This document shows positions 26,961 to 41,079 of a DNA stretch of 64,000 nt, piece after piece (the first letter of the stretch is position 1; each line of letters starts with the position of its first letter). The notes under the pieces were generated by a model. That model was not told where the DNA came from. It worked only from the letters and a program-made list of their open reading frames with translations, and made no database searches. Location of the stretch: the NCBI RefSeq assembly GCF_009914755.1, contig NC_060932.1. One strand, 5' to 3'. The position numbers were made by a program, and so were the translations under genes. This DNA is from the human T2T-CHM13v2.0 reference genome, Homo sapiens.

Positions 26961-28630
26961 ACAAATGGAAAAAAATTCCATGCTCATGGATAGGAAGAAT
27001 CAATATCGTGAGAATGACCATACTGCCCAAAGTAATTTATAGATTCAATGCTATCCCCATCAAGCTACCATTGACTTTCTTCACAGAATTAGAAAAAACT
27101 ACTTTAAATTTCATATGGAACCAAAAAAGAATATAGCCAAGACAATCCTAAGCCAAAAGAACAAAGCTGGAGGCATCACACTACCTGACTTCAAACTATA
27201 CTATAAGGCTACAGTATCCAAATCAGCATGGTACTGGTACCAAAACAGATATATAGACCATGGAACAGAACAGAGGTCTCAGAAATAACACCACACATCT
27301 GCAACCATCTGATCTTTGACAAATCTGACAAAAATAAGCAATGGGGAAAGAATTTCCTTTTTAATAAAATGGTGCTGGGAAAACTGGCTAGCCATATGTA
27401 AAAAACAGAAACTGGACCCCTTCCTTACACCTTATACAAAAATTAACTCAAGATCGATTAAAGGCTTAAATGTAAAACCTAAAACCATAAAACCCTAGAA
27501 GAAAATCTAGGCAATACCATTCAGGACATAGGCATGGGCAAACACTTCATTACTAAAACACCAAAAGCAATTGCAACAAAAGCCAAAATTGACAAATGGG
27601 ATCTAATTAAACTAAAGAGCTTCTGCACAGCAAAAGAAACTATCATCAGAGTGAATGGGCAACCTACGGAATGGGAGAAAAATTTTGCTATCTACCCATC
27701 TGACAAAGGGCTAATATCTAGAATCTACAAGGAACTTAAACAAATTTACAAGAAAAGAAACAAATAACCCCATCAAAAAGTGGGCAAAGTATATGAACAG
27801 ACACTTCTCAAAAGAAGACATTCATGAGGCCAACAAACATTTGAAAAAAAAGCTCATCATCACTGGTCAACAGAGAAATGCAAATCGAAACCACAATAAG
27901 ATACCATCTCACACCAGTTAGAATGGCAATCATTAAAAAGTCAGGAAACAACAGATGCTGACAAGGATGTGGGGAAATAGGAACACTTTTACACTGTTGG
28001 TGGGAGTGTAAATTAGTTCAACCATTGTGGAAGATAGTGTGGCGATTCCTCAAGGATCTAGAACTAGAAATATCATTTGACCCAGCAATCCCATTACTGG
28101 GTATATACCCAAAGGATTATAAATCATTCTACTATAAAGACACATGCACACGTATGTTTACTGCAGCACTATTTACAAGAGCAAAGACTTGGAACCAACC
28201 CAAATGCCCATTAATGATAGACTGGATAAAGAAAATGCAGCACATATACACCATGGAATACTGTGCAGCCATGAAAAAGAATGAGTTCATGTCCTTTGCA
28301 GGGACATGGATGAAGCTGGAAAACATCATTCTCAGCAAAGTAACACAGCAACAGAAAACCAAACACTGTGTGTTCTCACTCATAAGTGGGAGTTGAACAA
28401 GAAGAACACATGGACACAGGAAGGGAAACATCATACACCAGGGCGTGTCAGGAGGTGGGGGGCAAGGGGAGGGAGAGCATTAGGACAAATACCTAATTCA
28501 CGCAGGACTTAAAACCTAGATGAGGAGTTAATAGGTGCAGCAAACCACCATGGCACACATATAACTATACAACAAACCTGCACATTCTGCACATGTATCC
28601 CAGAACTTAAAGTAAAATAAAAAAAAAAAG
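26961..28630 (+). mobile_element. 5'-truncated L1PA (L1PA7/8-like): ORF2 3' part, 3' UTR and poly-A
   Basis: ORF track gives L1 ORF2p fragments ([29 protein letters not shown]; [21 protein letters not shown]; DPAIPLLGIYP) broken by stops/frameshifts; 15-bp TSD tgatgtgaaagtgaa at 26946-26960 and 28631-28645. Confidence 0.97.
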
Positions 28631-30032
28631 TGATGTGAAAGTGAAGTGTTATGAGCAGCTCAGGTCCGACCATGGGGCACTCAGAAGAATTTGGAAAGCC
28701 CACATGGGAGGATTAACATCACATCAGCTCTGCACTCAGGGTGCTGGTCAAGGGTGAGGATATCAAGTAGGCCACTTTCTGGGTGCATCTCTGTTAAAAG
28801 ATAATTTTCAGAAAGTGAAAGTGTGATATTCATATACATACAAAAACAAACCCATGAAGATTTTATTTTACTTGTAATCAGTGAGGGAACCAGATGTTAA
28901 AAGCAGTCCAAAGGAAAGTAAAAAAAGCACAAATTTATATGGAGTAAATGAACTGAATTGCAAATGGAGGCAGAACTGATTTTTCACAGGAACCCTGAAG
29001 TCAGCTGAAATTCCACAGAACACTACAAGTTTGCACATCCATCCCTTGCCTGCTGTTTACTAAGAGGTGCAAAATAGCTCGGTGACAATGAACAAGGTAA
29101 AAATCAGACCATCTGGAAGAATGTGCTATAGACAATGCAACATTTCTTCACTGAAGCACAAATTTTTTTTTGCTACTCCATCCGTGGGTTCATTTTCATT
29201 CCTTGCCTCCCCTCCATAAGTGAATTAAATCAGGGAAGGGAGCAAGGGAAAAATCCTGCTTGTGCAATCCTTCAGCTCACTGGGAACAAACCAAACAAAT
29301 GAATACACATTGTTTCTAATTCACTTGATGAAAGGCACACTTGAGTTATAATGGGAATGGCCTTTTCATTATTAGTAATAGCGTTTTATTACTCTTCCAA
29401 CAATACATTGAGGCTGTTACATTACTTTTGAGTCCAGCTAACTACTGAACCAATACCCTACTGAAGAAAGATCAGAAACAACAAGAAGGCAGGAAGTAAC
29501 AAAGCTTAATAAAAGTAGTGGTAGATTAGATAAAATAGTTACAATTTTACATTATGTATAAGAAAAACATTCCCTGTAATATCTTCTCACATATAATTTG
29601 AGTGCATCCTCTAAAGAGAACCATGCAGAGTCCATGTCCCAGTGCTGTCCTGCTCTGGTCTTGTGACCTGGACATGCCTCCTCTAGACCAGGAGGATGGG
29701 ATTTAAAAGTTGGGGACTTTAGTTCACAGGTTCCTCATCCACTGCTTCAGCTTTTCCTTATCCACTGCTTCAGCATACAGTGGCAGTTTCTGAGGGCAGC
29801 TTACAGGTAAAGAGAATTTAAAATGCTCTCAAGAATTTAGGCTTTGGTCAGCTTCTGGGAAGGGGAGAAATGGAAGAGAGTGTTGAGGAACTAGTTTTCC
29901 TTCTTGGTAAGAAAAACAGGGTGCATGTACAAAAGAGCTTAAGGAAGTTTTGAATGGTGCATAATAACAAATTCTAGCAGACAAGATGAGCTAGTTGATG
30001 GGCTTAAGAAGGATCTTGAAACCCTGTCACCT

Positions 30033-30336
<304 letters not shown>

Positions 30337-30454
30337 CCTTTGTCTCTCATGGGTCTGGTGCTCTAAGTCTGAGGAGAGATCTGCTCGGGGCCTCTTTTCT
30401 CAGATAGGAGCTTGATTAGGTGTCCTGACTGCTGAAAGCCACTTAGAGCTTTGT

Positions 30455-30940
30455 TTTGTTACAAAACCTACTGAATCTTGGTTTCCTCATCTAATAAATG
30501 GGGATAATGATAAGTACCTTGCAGGGTTGTGAAAGTAAAGTAAAATAGTGTATACAATGCAAAAGCAGACTGGTTCTTACTCACCGGTGACTCAGGGAAC
30601 GCAGCTGTGACGGAGGCCTTCCTGAAGGAGGGTGCTCCTGCGGCTCTGCCTGGCTCAGGGATGGGATGGGAGGTGGCCTGGCACAGGGGAAAGGACAGGC
30701 TTTGGACGTGGAAGAGTGCAGATTCACATCCTGGCTTTGTCCCCAGCAAGCTATAGGTGTGGGCAATTGGCATCTCACTAAGGTCACCATCAATGCATCA
30801 TTTCTGAAATGGAGATGATTCTGCCCCCGCAGTGAGAGTTTAGTAAGAACAAAATAAGTTTAGTAAGAACAGATTGAAAGCTCTGGGCATGTGATGCGTA
30901 GGAGATGGTGTCCTGTCACCATCATGTTCCTACTATCACC
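30455..30940 (+). mobile_element. MIR relics
   Basis: tcttggtttcctcatctaataaatggggataatgataagtacct..gggttgtgaa; a second MIR-like piece at about 30680-30930. Confidence 0.6.
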
Positions 30941-32134
30941 GTGGTGATTCAGCTACCTCCTGCCAGGCCGGAAGTCAGCCATGCCATTGCCCTCTTCTAT
31001 TGGTCTTTGTGTTCCATTCCCAGTCTTCTATGGAGATCTGGCACAATGACTGCTCCCCTGTGCTGCCTCTCTGACCTCCTGGTGGATGGTGCAGTAGCTG
31101 CCTCCCTCCCTAGCCCTTGGCTCCCAGGCGGAGCAACAATGGGCCTTGGGCCATGAGCACCGGGCACCTGGGGGCTCTCAGCAGAGGCTGGGGAAGGCAT
31201 TTCAGTGCTCAGAGGTCTATCTGTGACTGTGTGCAAAGGGAAGAAACTACACCCTGCCCTATTCCTGGACAAAACTTGGCAAAAACATCTCTTAAAGTCG
31301 GAGATATGAGGGCAAGCTATTTAACTTCTCTCAGCCTCGCTTTCTGTATCATCACAATGAGGATTAAATGTAGCTCATAGATGTTTGTTACAGTCTTCTG
31401 AGCAGGCCGCTTCTGGGCATATAAAACAAGAGCTTACTAAACGGCGACTCCAGCAAGCCCAGTGTCGAACTGGATTCCCTCCGTAGGTCTCAGGCTGGAG
31501 TGTACACAAGTGTGTCTTCACAGTCAGCCCAACACAACACTTATGGCAGAAGCCCCTCTTGGCAGGGGGCACATCCTCTCATCCTTAGGACCTGGCTCGG
31601 GTACATGCTGAGAACAGAGAAAGCAGCTCTCATTGGAGGTTTTTCCTCAGCATTTCCTCAGGGTGTCCTGAAGCCACCCAGCACATGGTCCACCCTCTTT
31701 CCCTTGAGCCTCTGATGGTTCCAGCAAAGTCAAAACCCAGGAGCAAGCTCTTCTCCACTCAGGCTGTTACCTAACCTGCTCTCTGATCATGCAGCTTCTG
31801 TTGTGAGAGGGTGCAGCCTGATAGGTGAGTGCCAGCCACAGCTCTCTGGGGGCAGAAAGGGCTTCTGTCTCCTGCTGTGTCCTGCATTCATGGTGCTGGC
31901 AGGGACAGTTTTACTTGAGCCACTGATTCCTGAAATACAGCACTTGAGCAAAGCTGCATTCAGTTCAGGGAACAAGGAGATATAGCAAGCGAAAAAAGAG
32001 AGCACTCTGGGCTTAAATTGTGGTGATGAAGATGATTTTTCAAAAGCTTCCTGGATGGGATGGTCTTTTGGGTTGGGTACCTCGCCACCTGTGTGGCTGA
32101 CCTTTCCTCTGGAATTTCCTTGTGTTTGAGGCCA

Positions 32135-32670
<536 letters not shown>

Positions 32671-35600
32671 AAATCAAAGTTCGTTTATATATATATTTTA
32701 CTTTGCCAATCCTCGTGTTGACATGATTTTCCTAGGACTTTATTTTTTATTCCTATTAAATAGCAGTACTTTTATTATTTATTCTATCATTATTTATGAT
32801 GGCTTTCTACTCGAGAGCCTCTATCCCCACGCTCTGTGGTGACACTTGGACCCTGAGAACTGAAAGCACGCCCTCCTCTGTACATCAGCATGGCACTGTG
32901 CAGGTCCTCTGCCATGAAGGCCTTATTTAATTTTTCCACCCCATCTCCTGCCTGGAAGAATGGTTTGGTTGTTTATTACAGGAGCTTCCTCAAAGACGCA
33001 ACAGAGCTTCGGTGGAAAACATCCACAGTTCATGCTCTTAAGACTCAAAGGTGTCCCTCAGCTCAACGTCTTCACCTTGCTGTTTCCTTCCGTATCTTGG
33101 ACAGGTTTGCCATGATCCTTACCCGATTCTAACTATGCCCTGCTTTAAGCCAAAATTTGCAATTTTCAGTCAATCCTGACTTCACCTTCCCGTCTCTCAG
33201 TTCTGACAAAGCTTGCAAGATGGCCTTCTCCCTTACTGCAGTTAAGTAACAAACTCGACTTCGCTGTCCCAGGTGGTATTGTTAATATTTGGGGAGCCCA
33301 GCTGCAATGATTCTGGAGGCGGGACTGAGACTCCACAGCCACAGCCCTTAGCTGGTAGACGAGCCCTCCCCAGGCCTAGGGCTCCTGATCACGAATCCGG
33401 GGAAAGTAGGTGCACTGGGGAGAACGCCAGTCTCACAAATGCCAGGATCTCAGATGCTGAGTTCATTTTATCTCCTAGGAGCAGGAAATGCTTTTTAGAT
33501 CTCCATTGGATATCTGATTGGATTTGAGAAATGCTGTCCTTGGTGGAAATCTGACTCATTATTCACCCTCTGGTTTGCCTCTGCCTGTCCCTGTCATTTT
33601 TATTGTTCCCTACTAAGAGGGACCTTGATAGGAAACTATTCCTTGGGCCACCCCCAGGAGCTGGGAAGTTCCGACATTTTCCTTTGAGACAAGCATTCTT
33701 TGAAGACAGTTTGCCCCAGGTCAGCCATCAGCATATCTGCAGGACTTACCCCAGTCTTGCCTCCTTTTGTGGGAGGCAGAGTCTGGTTCTGGGAGATATG
33801 GCCTCTTCAGGCCTCTCTGTTGTTCTGGGGCCACAAGCCTCTTTGGGGGTTTGTAGCTTGATGGCCCATCTGTACGGTTGGGGGGTCTGGGGCATGTTTT
33901 TGACAGAACATTCCTAGACTCTCGTGCATTTGTCTCAGCCTAAAGCCCAGGCTGGCCTCTTGCCTCATGAATAATGTGTTTATGTTACAATGCCAATTTG
34001 TGGGCTTATCTTTCTAAATGGTGTGCTTTCACTAGGATGTTTGTTAAACTTTTGATATGATCAAGAGAGTTTGAGAGATGTCTTTGAAGAAAAAAGGAGC
34101 AAAATTTCAAACTTTGGTAATCTTTACTTTTTAATTAGTATGAGGAAGCATCAAAAAAATTTAGTTTCCAGAATCTCTTCCTTAAGAGATTCTATGACTA
34201 AGGCAAAAGAAAAAAAAAATTGGAAAATTTTAAAATTGTGTCTTTTAGAACTTGAACCTAACAGCCTACTATTTCCTTGCCACACCGTCCTCCATTTTTT
34301 CTGCCCCTGTCTCTCTCTTTGACCCACTCCCTTCCCTCCTGACAAGCCAGAAACTCCCAGGACTCAGCTGCATCTTAGAGTCAAACCTTCAGAACAGGAG
34401 CATTCGCTGTTGATCAGAAGACCTGGTCTTACTCTGAGCTGAGAGCCGTTGTGAAATTTTTCAAAAGCTGGCTGAATAGGGAGACATTTGCAGAGGGATT
34501 TAATTTTAGGAATTATAATACAGGGCTCTCTGGTATATATCAGTTGATTCATTATTAGTGAGGACCTCAGTTGATAAAAACTGGGTGGAAAAAGCAGGAT
34601 GAGAAGCCCCAAGGAAGATTTTTAAAATCTCGAATTTCATAGAAACGAGAGGGGTTTAGAAAAGCTGTCAGTGTTGGAAAAGATCTGTAAAAGACTATAC
34701 CCGAAGTCTTTCCTATGAAGAGAGATGGGACTTTGACCAGTCTTGTAGGAAGAGACAGGACTGGGGATGGGGGCCTCTGACACTGGCAGGCAGCCTCCAG
34801 GGTGGACCTTGAGTCAGATGGATCCCCACTCCCTCCTTGCTTTTTGTAAATGTTATTAAGCCAGAAATTGGGGATTCATATGTAAGTGCAAACTGGAATG
34901 AGAAATAAACCCAGCATCAGAACTCCTTGCTAAGCATTTTGAAAACACCTTAGAATGGAAGTAAAGTAGAACCTGAGTAAATGCATGGCTTTATAGATAA
35001 ACAACCAGATGCCCCTCCCTTTGTGGTTCAGCCTCAGGGGAGGGAGTCTCTTGACAAAGATGCCCATGGATGCTGGAACAGAAAGGATGCTGGAGTAGGA
35101 ACCACCTGTCTTGGCTAAGAAAACACAACATACATAAAGAGTGAAACAACTGATTCATACACTGCTCAGAGGGAATTTTCAAGGTGAAGTTGATCTAAAG
35201 GTTAAAGGATCTCTTCCAGCTTGTAGAGATAAATAAGTGCAAGTAGTGGATCGGAAAAGCTATGGCATGTTGAAATCTAAGTGAAACTTGCTTAATTTTG
35301 ATGAGCTTGTTTCTTTGGTTTACTGTTTATTGTCATCTAAATTATGAAGGAGTATTTTTTCTGTGTAATCTGTCAAAGTACTGTCTTGCCAGCATACCTT
35401 TTTGGGCTTAATCAAGTTACCTTCTACGTTTATTTCTAAGCATTTTATTGTCACTTTCAAATAAGTAGCAATCCCCTGCAGTTACAAAGGGACAAGTGTA
35501 TTTTAAAATATTTCAGCTTCCTGAACACCATCTAATATAAATGCAATGTATTTTTTTCAAAGTTCAACACACAATTATTTGATTTTTTTTTTAAGTTAAT

Positions 35601-35679
35601 GACTGGCTATTTATTGGTCAGTCTTGTACCACCCCCAGACAGTAGATCTATCGAGGTGGTGCTGGCAACGATTGGGGTG

Positions 35680-35830
35680 GAAATGAGCATCTACATGTGC
35701 CAGGCTTTGTGTTAGGAGCTGCACACACACCACGCCATCTTTACCCTCCCAGTGACCTGCCATGGGCCCACCTTGTTTTGCAGATGAGGAAACTGGCTCT
35801 CAGGTTAAAGGATTTCAGACCCATGTTTGT
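35680..35830 (-). mobile_element. MIR relic
   Basis: tgagcatctacatgtgccaggc...ttttgcagatgaggaaactggctctcagg. Confidence 0.65.
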
Positions 35831-37460
35831 CTTCCTGTCCTTCCCCAAGTGCTGGGCACAGTGTGGGCTGTCCAGGGACACACAAGCATTCACAGACATG
35901 TAAGAATGTCACAAAGTATTGTGACATTCTTTGGGAGATGCAATGATGTACTCACAAGGTGTGTTGGGAGCATTCAACTCCTAAAGAAGGTAATGGGCCA
36001 CCTAAAAACGTGGCAACCAGCCTGCATCTTAGGTCTCAGCTGAACTAGATGGTCGGAAGTTCCCTCTTCCCCAGAGACTTCTCAAGGGCTCCCCTGTTGG
36101 GTGCTGCCCCTGTCTTCTTGTTTGCCTGGAAGGCCAGCATGTGGAGTTAATGGTCCTCATCTTCTGCTGCTATTGCCCTTAGACCACCAGGAAGTGTGGG
36201 CCAACGTCACCCTCTAGTCCCACGGGGGATTTTGCAAGCTCCCCGTCTGTGCCTTGCCATTCTTAATGGGCTTCCTGCAAGGGTTCTTAGGTTCTCTTTA
36301 GTGTAACTCTCTTACTACGTTCCCGATCTGGTGCCTGGGGAGGCAGAGGGCATTCACCCATGCCACACAGGTGCATCTCCATGTGTCCTTTTCTGTGCCA
36401 GCCTAGATGGCAAAAAGTCACTTGAGGTCTTCAACTTTCTCTTACATCAGAAGGAACTTGCTGTCCTTTTAGAGGTTGCCCCACAGGTAGTCCAATCTTT
36501 CTCTTAATTGGTTCTCTCAGGAAAACATGAAGTCTTCATGCCAGGGAACTGCTGGCTCACCATGAATTCCCAGAGAGAAAATCAGATAAGGTGGATCTGG
36601 GATATTTAACACACACACACTTTAAATGACTGGATTCCTTGCAATGCTCTCAAGTGTTATTCAGGGTAGCTTTTCTTAAAATGAAGAAAGCACTCACATT
36701 GTTCTCTCTCTTGCCCTTCCCTTCTCTTGCTCTGTATTTTCCTAAATACTGTCCCATCAGGTAGCTATTAGGAAATGTGCTGGAGGACATCTGAGCTTTG
36801 GGAAAGCAAAGCCCTTCTCAACTGTCATGAATTTAATTTAGGTTACATAACTTTTCCTTGGGCCTCGGCCAAAGAACATTTTTATTGGGAATAAGTTATT
36901 ACTACTAAGTACTACATTCCTAATACTTTTGGATATTTAAGAATCTTTATCAGAAGCAAGTGGGACACCAGTAACTTTTGGTCCTTTCCAAATAAAATAA
37001 CTTTGTTCAAATGTAGCAGGAATTTATTTCAGTGTTATGACAGATTTTAATTGTATTATTTACAATTCACTTATTTGTCTCTTAGAGGGGATGATGCCTT
37101 GAGAGAAAGTTTAACTGAATCAGATGTGGGCAACTTTTCAGCATTTCAGGACAAAGAGTGCTTCTCACCCTGTGCAGCTCTGCTGGGACTGGTGCCTTTG
37201 ACCACCTTGGGCTGTTGGGAGGGGCACCATGGAAGGGATTTGGAGATGGGGTAAGGCCAGTGAGTCAGCGCTGGGCTCTAGATGCAAGGATAAGGGGCTG
37301 TGTAGCATCAGAGTAAATCACCTGTGATGTCAAAAAGCAGTGCTGAAATCAGCATCCATCCAACGAAAATAAGATCTTTTTTGTTTTGAAAACATCGTAG
37401 GTTATAGAAGCCACAAAACATTGAATGAAAATAAGAATTCTTTTAAAAATGCAAAGGGAA

Positions 37461-37754
37461 GGCCAGGTGCGGTGGTTCATGCCTGTAATCCCAGCACTTT
37501 GGGAGGCCGAGGCGGGCAGATCTCTTGAGGTCAGGAGTTCAAGACCAATCTGGCCAATATGGCAAAACCCCGTCTCTACCAAAAATACAAAAATTAGCTG
37601 TGCGTAGTGGTGCGCGCCTGTAATCCCAGCTACTTGGGTGGCTGAGGCATGAGAGTCACTGGAACCTAGGAGGTGGAGGTTTCAGTGAACCGAGATTGTG
37701 CCACTACACTCCAGCCTGGGCAACAGAGCGAGACTCTATCTCAGAAAAAAAAAA
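37461..37754 (+). mobile_element. AluS(x/z), full length
   Basis: ggccaggtgcggtggttcatgcc...; 16-bp TSD aaaaatgcaaagggaa (37445-37460 and 37750-37765). Confidence 0.97.
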
Positions 37755-40700
37755 TGCAAAGGGAAGTCTATTTTTCTTCCAAGTAATATCTCATATGATA
37801 TCATCTTGAGCATTTTGGCTTGGGTAGCTCTCTCTGCTTTGCAGTGGAATTAATTTTATTTTTAAAAATTCATTCATCTCCAGGTAATCATTGCCCTCTG
37901 CTGATGCAGGCCATTCTTCAGCAATTCTATGGAGTAAGAGCCTTCATTTCAGGTTTCAGGAAATCTTTTTTTGTTGTAAAATGAATTCACAGTAAAACAA
38001 AATGACAGTTGATAGATTCTTTTATTCAGAACTTACAAGTTCTTTATAATCATGAATACATCCTTACTAATTTGAGTAAATGGCCAAACCTCTGATAGTG
38101 ACAGACAGAAACTCCGGGTCAGAGAAAGCCCAGGTCAGCTGCGGTGGGTGTCACTCTTTCTCTGTATGGTCAGAGCCCTTGTGAACAAGGGCCTGTTTGC
38201 TTTGCTTGCAGAGTAAAGATGTTAACTCTCCCCAGTAGATTAGATTTAGTGTCTGGCCACATCCTTAGTTTACAATGTTAAACAACAGAGATCCTGCACT
38301 AACCTTGTAATGCACTGTCATCCTCAAAACTTTAAATTGAGTTAAATGAATAGCACACAAGAGGTATGTTGTTGAGAGCCACATCTGTTTTATCAGCAAA
38401 TGCGTGACATCAGAGCCATCTTCTCTGCTGCTTTTAACATCCCATAGTTGCCTCAAAGGCAGCATAACTGAGTAACATTAAAAGGTGTATGTAGCTTAAG
38501 GTTGCTGAATCAGAAGCCTGCAAATATGGTTTATTAATTTACGAGGCTCATTCAGGTATATCTGGATCTCTCTGTGATTGTTCTAGTCATTGTCAGATGG
38601 GTGTTTACTGAAGGCCTTGTCTCAGCTCCCCAGCCTTTTTGGGCACAAGCTGAAAGTACTGCATGTTAATGAATGTCACTCTTCAGTTGCAATTCCACTT
38701 TCACTGCCCCAATTAAAGCTTTGAAACATGCTGCAAATTTACCCGTGCTGCCATCGAAGAGTATTTGGAGGGTAAAATAAAAGAGAAACTCTGGTTCTGA
38801 ACAAAATACCTGAAATTACAGTTAGAGTAAAAGTCATTTACAAAGAAGCAATGCTGAAACAGTCTGGCCAGCGACCCCAAAACTGCCATGTAGGGTTTGT
38901 TTGGGTAAACCAGCCAATTTGGCTGTATTGGGAGTATCAATTTGATGAGCTTTGCCATTTTCTTAGGCATAGCATGAGGCCCATAATTGCTTTGTTTCCT
39001 TATGCAGGGAACACCAACTCGCGTTAATTGGAGTTCCTAACTAGATTAAGACTGGTTCGGAGAGAGGTTGTCTGTTCTTCTGGTAGTTGTGTTCTGAGTT
39101 AGGGGAGAAGGCACACAAGATTGCAAACCTGGTTCTAGTAATGCCTCCTATTTTTATGCGCTGGCTGCACCCACATGGGCAGGGCTGATGGTGGACTCAG
39201 TGCCAGCTACAGTGGCCAGTGGAGGGTGTGGCCAGTGCTGACTTCTGTCTGTGAGAACATTGCATGAATGGGGATGGGCTTTTGGCAAAGCAGCAGGAAA
39301 GGATGGGATGGCTGGGAGGGGCTAACTTCGAGAAAAAAGTGTTACAAACCATGTACTTATCATCTACATTTTGAAATCTCTGACTTTGCATCCCTAAAAT
39401 CTAAAGTTGGCCCTAACAAATACTCCATTGGGGGAGAATTTGGGTGAAGTCACCATGGATGGCTTACTTGTGCTCTTTCAGGATGGCAAATGGCATTTCT
39501 TATCTTCTCCACACTGGTCTTTTCAGTTGCTTGCCAAGTTTAAGGGGGAAAAATCCTTTAATTCTGGTTAGAAGTGATTTATGTGTTACATAAAGGATAG
39601 CTTGGTTGGTTAACATGAAGAGAAGTGTGCTAGCTTCTAAACAAGTTTATGTTCAGAAAGCGTTTATGCATGCTTTGTAGGATAGCACTGCTAGTAAATA
39701 CCCGTGATTTAATGCCCTCCGTACACCTTGATCTCAGCATCCCCTCTTTACTGACTCATTTTTCTGCCTAAGCGCACCAGTATATAAAACAACAAATGCA
39801 TTGTGTTTGCTGAAATTCTTTGGTTTATATTTGCAAAGGTGCAATGAATTCCAAATTAAAAAATAAAATTCTCTGATGAAAATGTTTCTTTTCCTATGTT
39901 TTAGGTTTTGCATCTTGACCTTCAAAGGGAATTCGAAAATTGGCACATGGTAAAGCCAGAGCTCCCATATGATTCCACACTTCTAGTCCTAAAATTCTGT
40001 TTTCATTTATCAATGAAATCAGGAAATGCTGTGCCATTGGTAACATTTTGACTCTCCAAGTGTTAGCATTAGATCAGTTTTTTGGCTATGTATTTGTAAT
40101 TGTGTAGATCAGAGAGCCAAGACAAATTCCACTCTCCACTAAGTGTGGAGAGGGGAGCGTTAAGCATTTATGCTATAAAAGTCTCTTTTCCTTTAACCTG
40201 GCATTTGCAGTTTGTAGGAACAAATTTTGTGTCCCTGTTCCGGTAGACTCAGTGGATGCCACAATGGTGTGTCTCAGTGCTTTGTGGTTGGGAACAAAAT
40301 TTCATGGTCAGTCACAAGTGGAAAAAAGTTATTCTGCATGACAGGCATGGCCATGATGGAGGACTGTGCGGTGGCTTCTGCAGCCGCAGGGTAATGTCAC
40401 CAGGCACTTAAATGAGCGGGGGCAGCGGCTAGTGGAATCTCTTCAGCTGTTGGCACTTCATTTCTGGGGAGAGCTTGTTCCCAAGTGCGTGAGTGATTCT
40501 GTGCCAGGACTCATTTGTTATGACAAATGCAGTTCTTATATTTCTGAGTATGGTGGGAGCTACAATGTTTGCACAGGGCACCTGTCATCAGCAATGATAT
40601 CTCTCCAGGAAATTTCCAGCGCGTTGTCCACAGATGCTTCTCTAGAGGTAAACATCCTCTCAGGGGAGCTGACTTCACTAGGTGACTTTCTGGGGCTGGA

Positions 40701-41079
40701 ACCTGAGCTGATTCCGCGGAACACTCAGTCCTCTGCACAGGCTCCCCATTCATTGCCCCAGTCATGAATTTATTCCCTAACACTCATTTTGTTGCTCTTT
40801 AAGGCATGATTTGTTTTTCTTAAGAATTCCTTATATAATACATGGAGCTTCTCATCAAACCTCCATAATTGAATGCTGTGTAGAGAACAGAGAAGACAAT
40901 TAAACAAATATGAATTTATATTATTTCTATGAAAAGATGCTGCACCGACTAAGTGTAACCGTTTAGGCCAGCAGGTTAGATAGCCTGCATTTTGCTGAAA
41001 CACACACATCAGTGACACACTTTAAACACAATGTGTTTTAAAATGCAGGGATACCGTGGATTGCAGTGAGTCAGGGATC

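Noticed and set aside
27316-28396. ORFs with real protein similarity
   Set aside because: Broken fragments of L1 ORF2p in a 5'-truncated element, not a host gene.
38175-38192. gcccttgt-ga-acaagggc hairpin as an ncRNA or terminator
   Set aside because: An 8-bp stem is expected by chance in 64 kb and is too short for a pre-miRNA.
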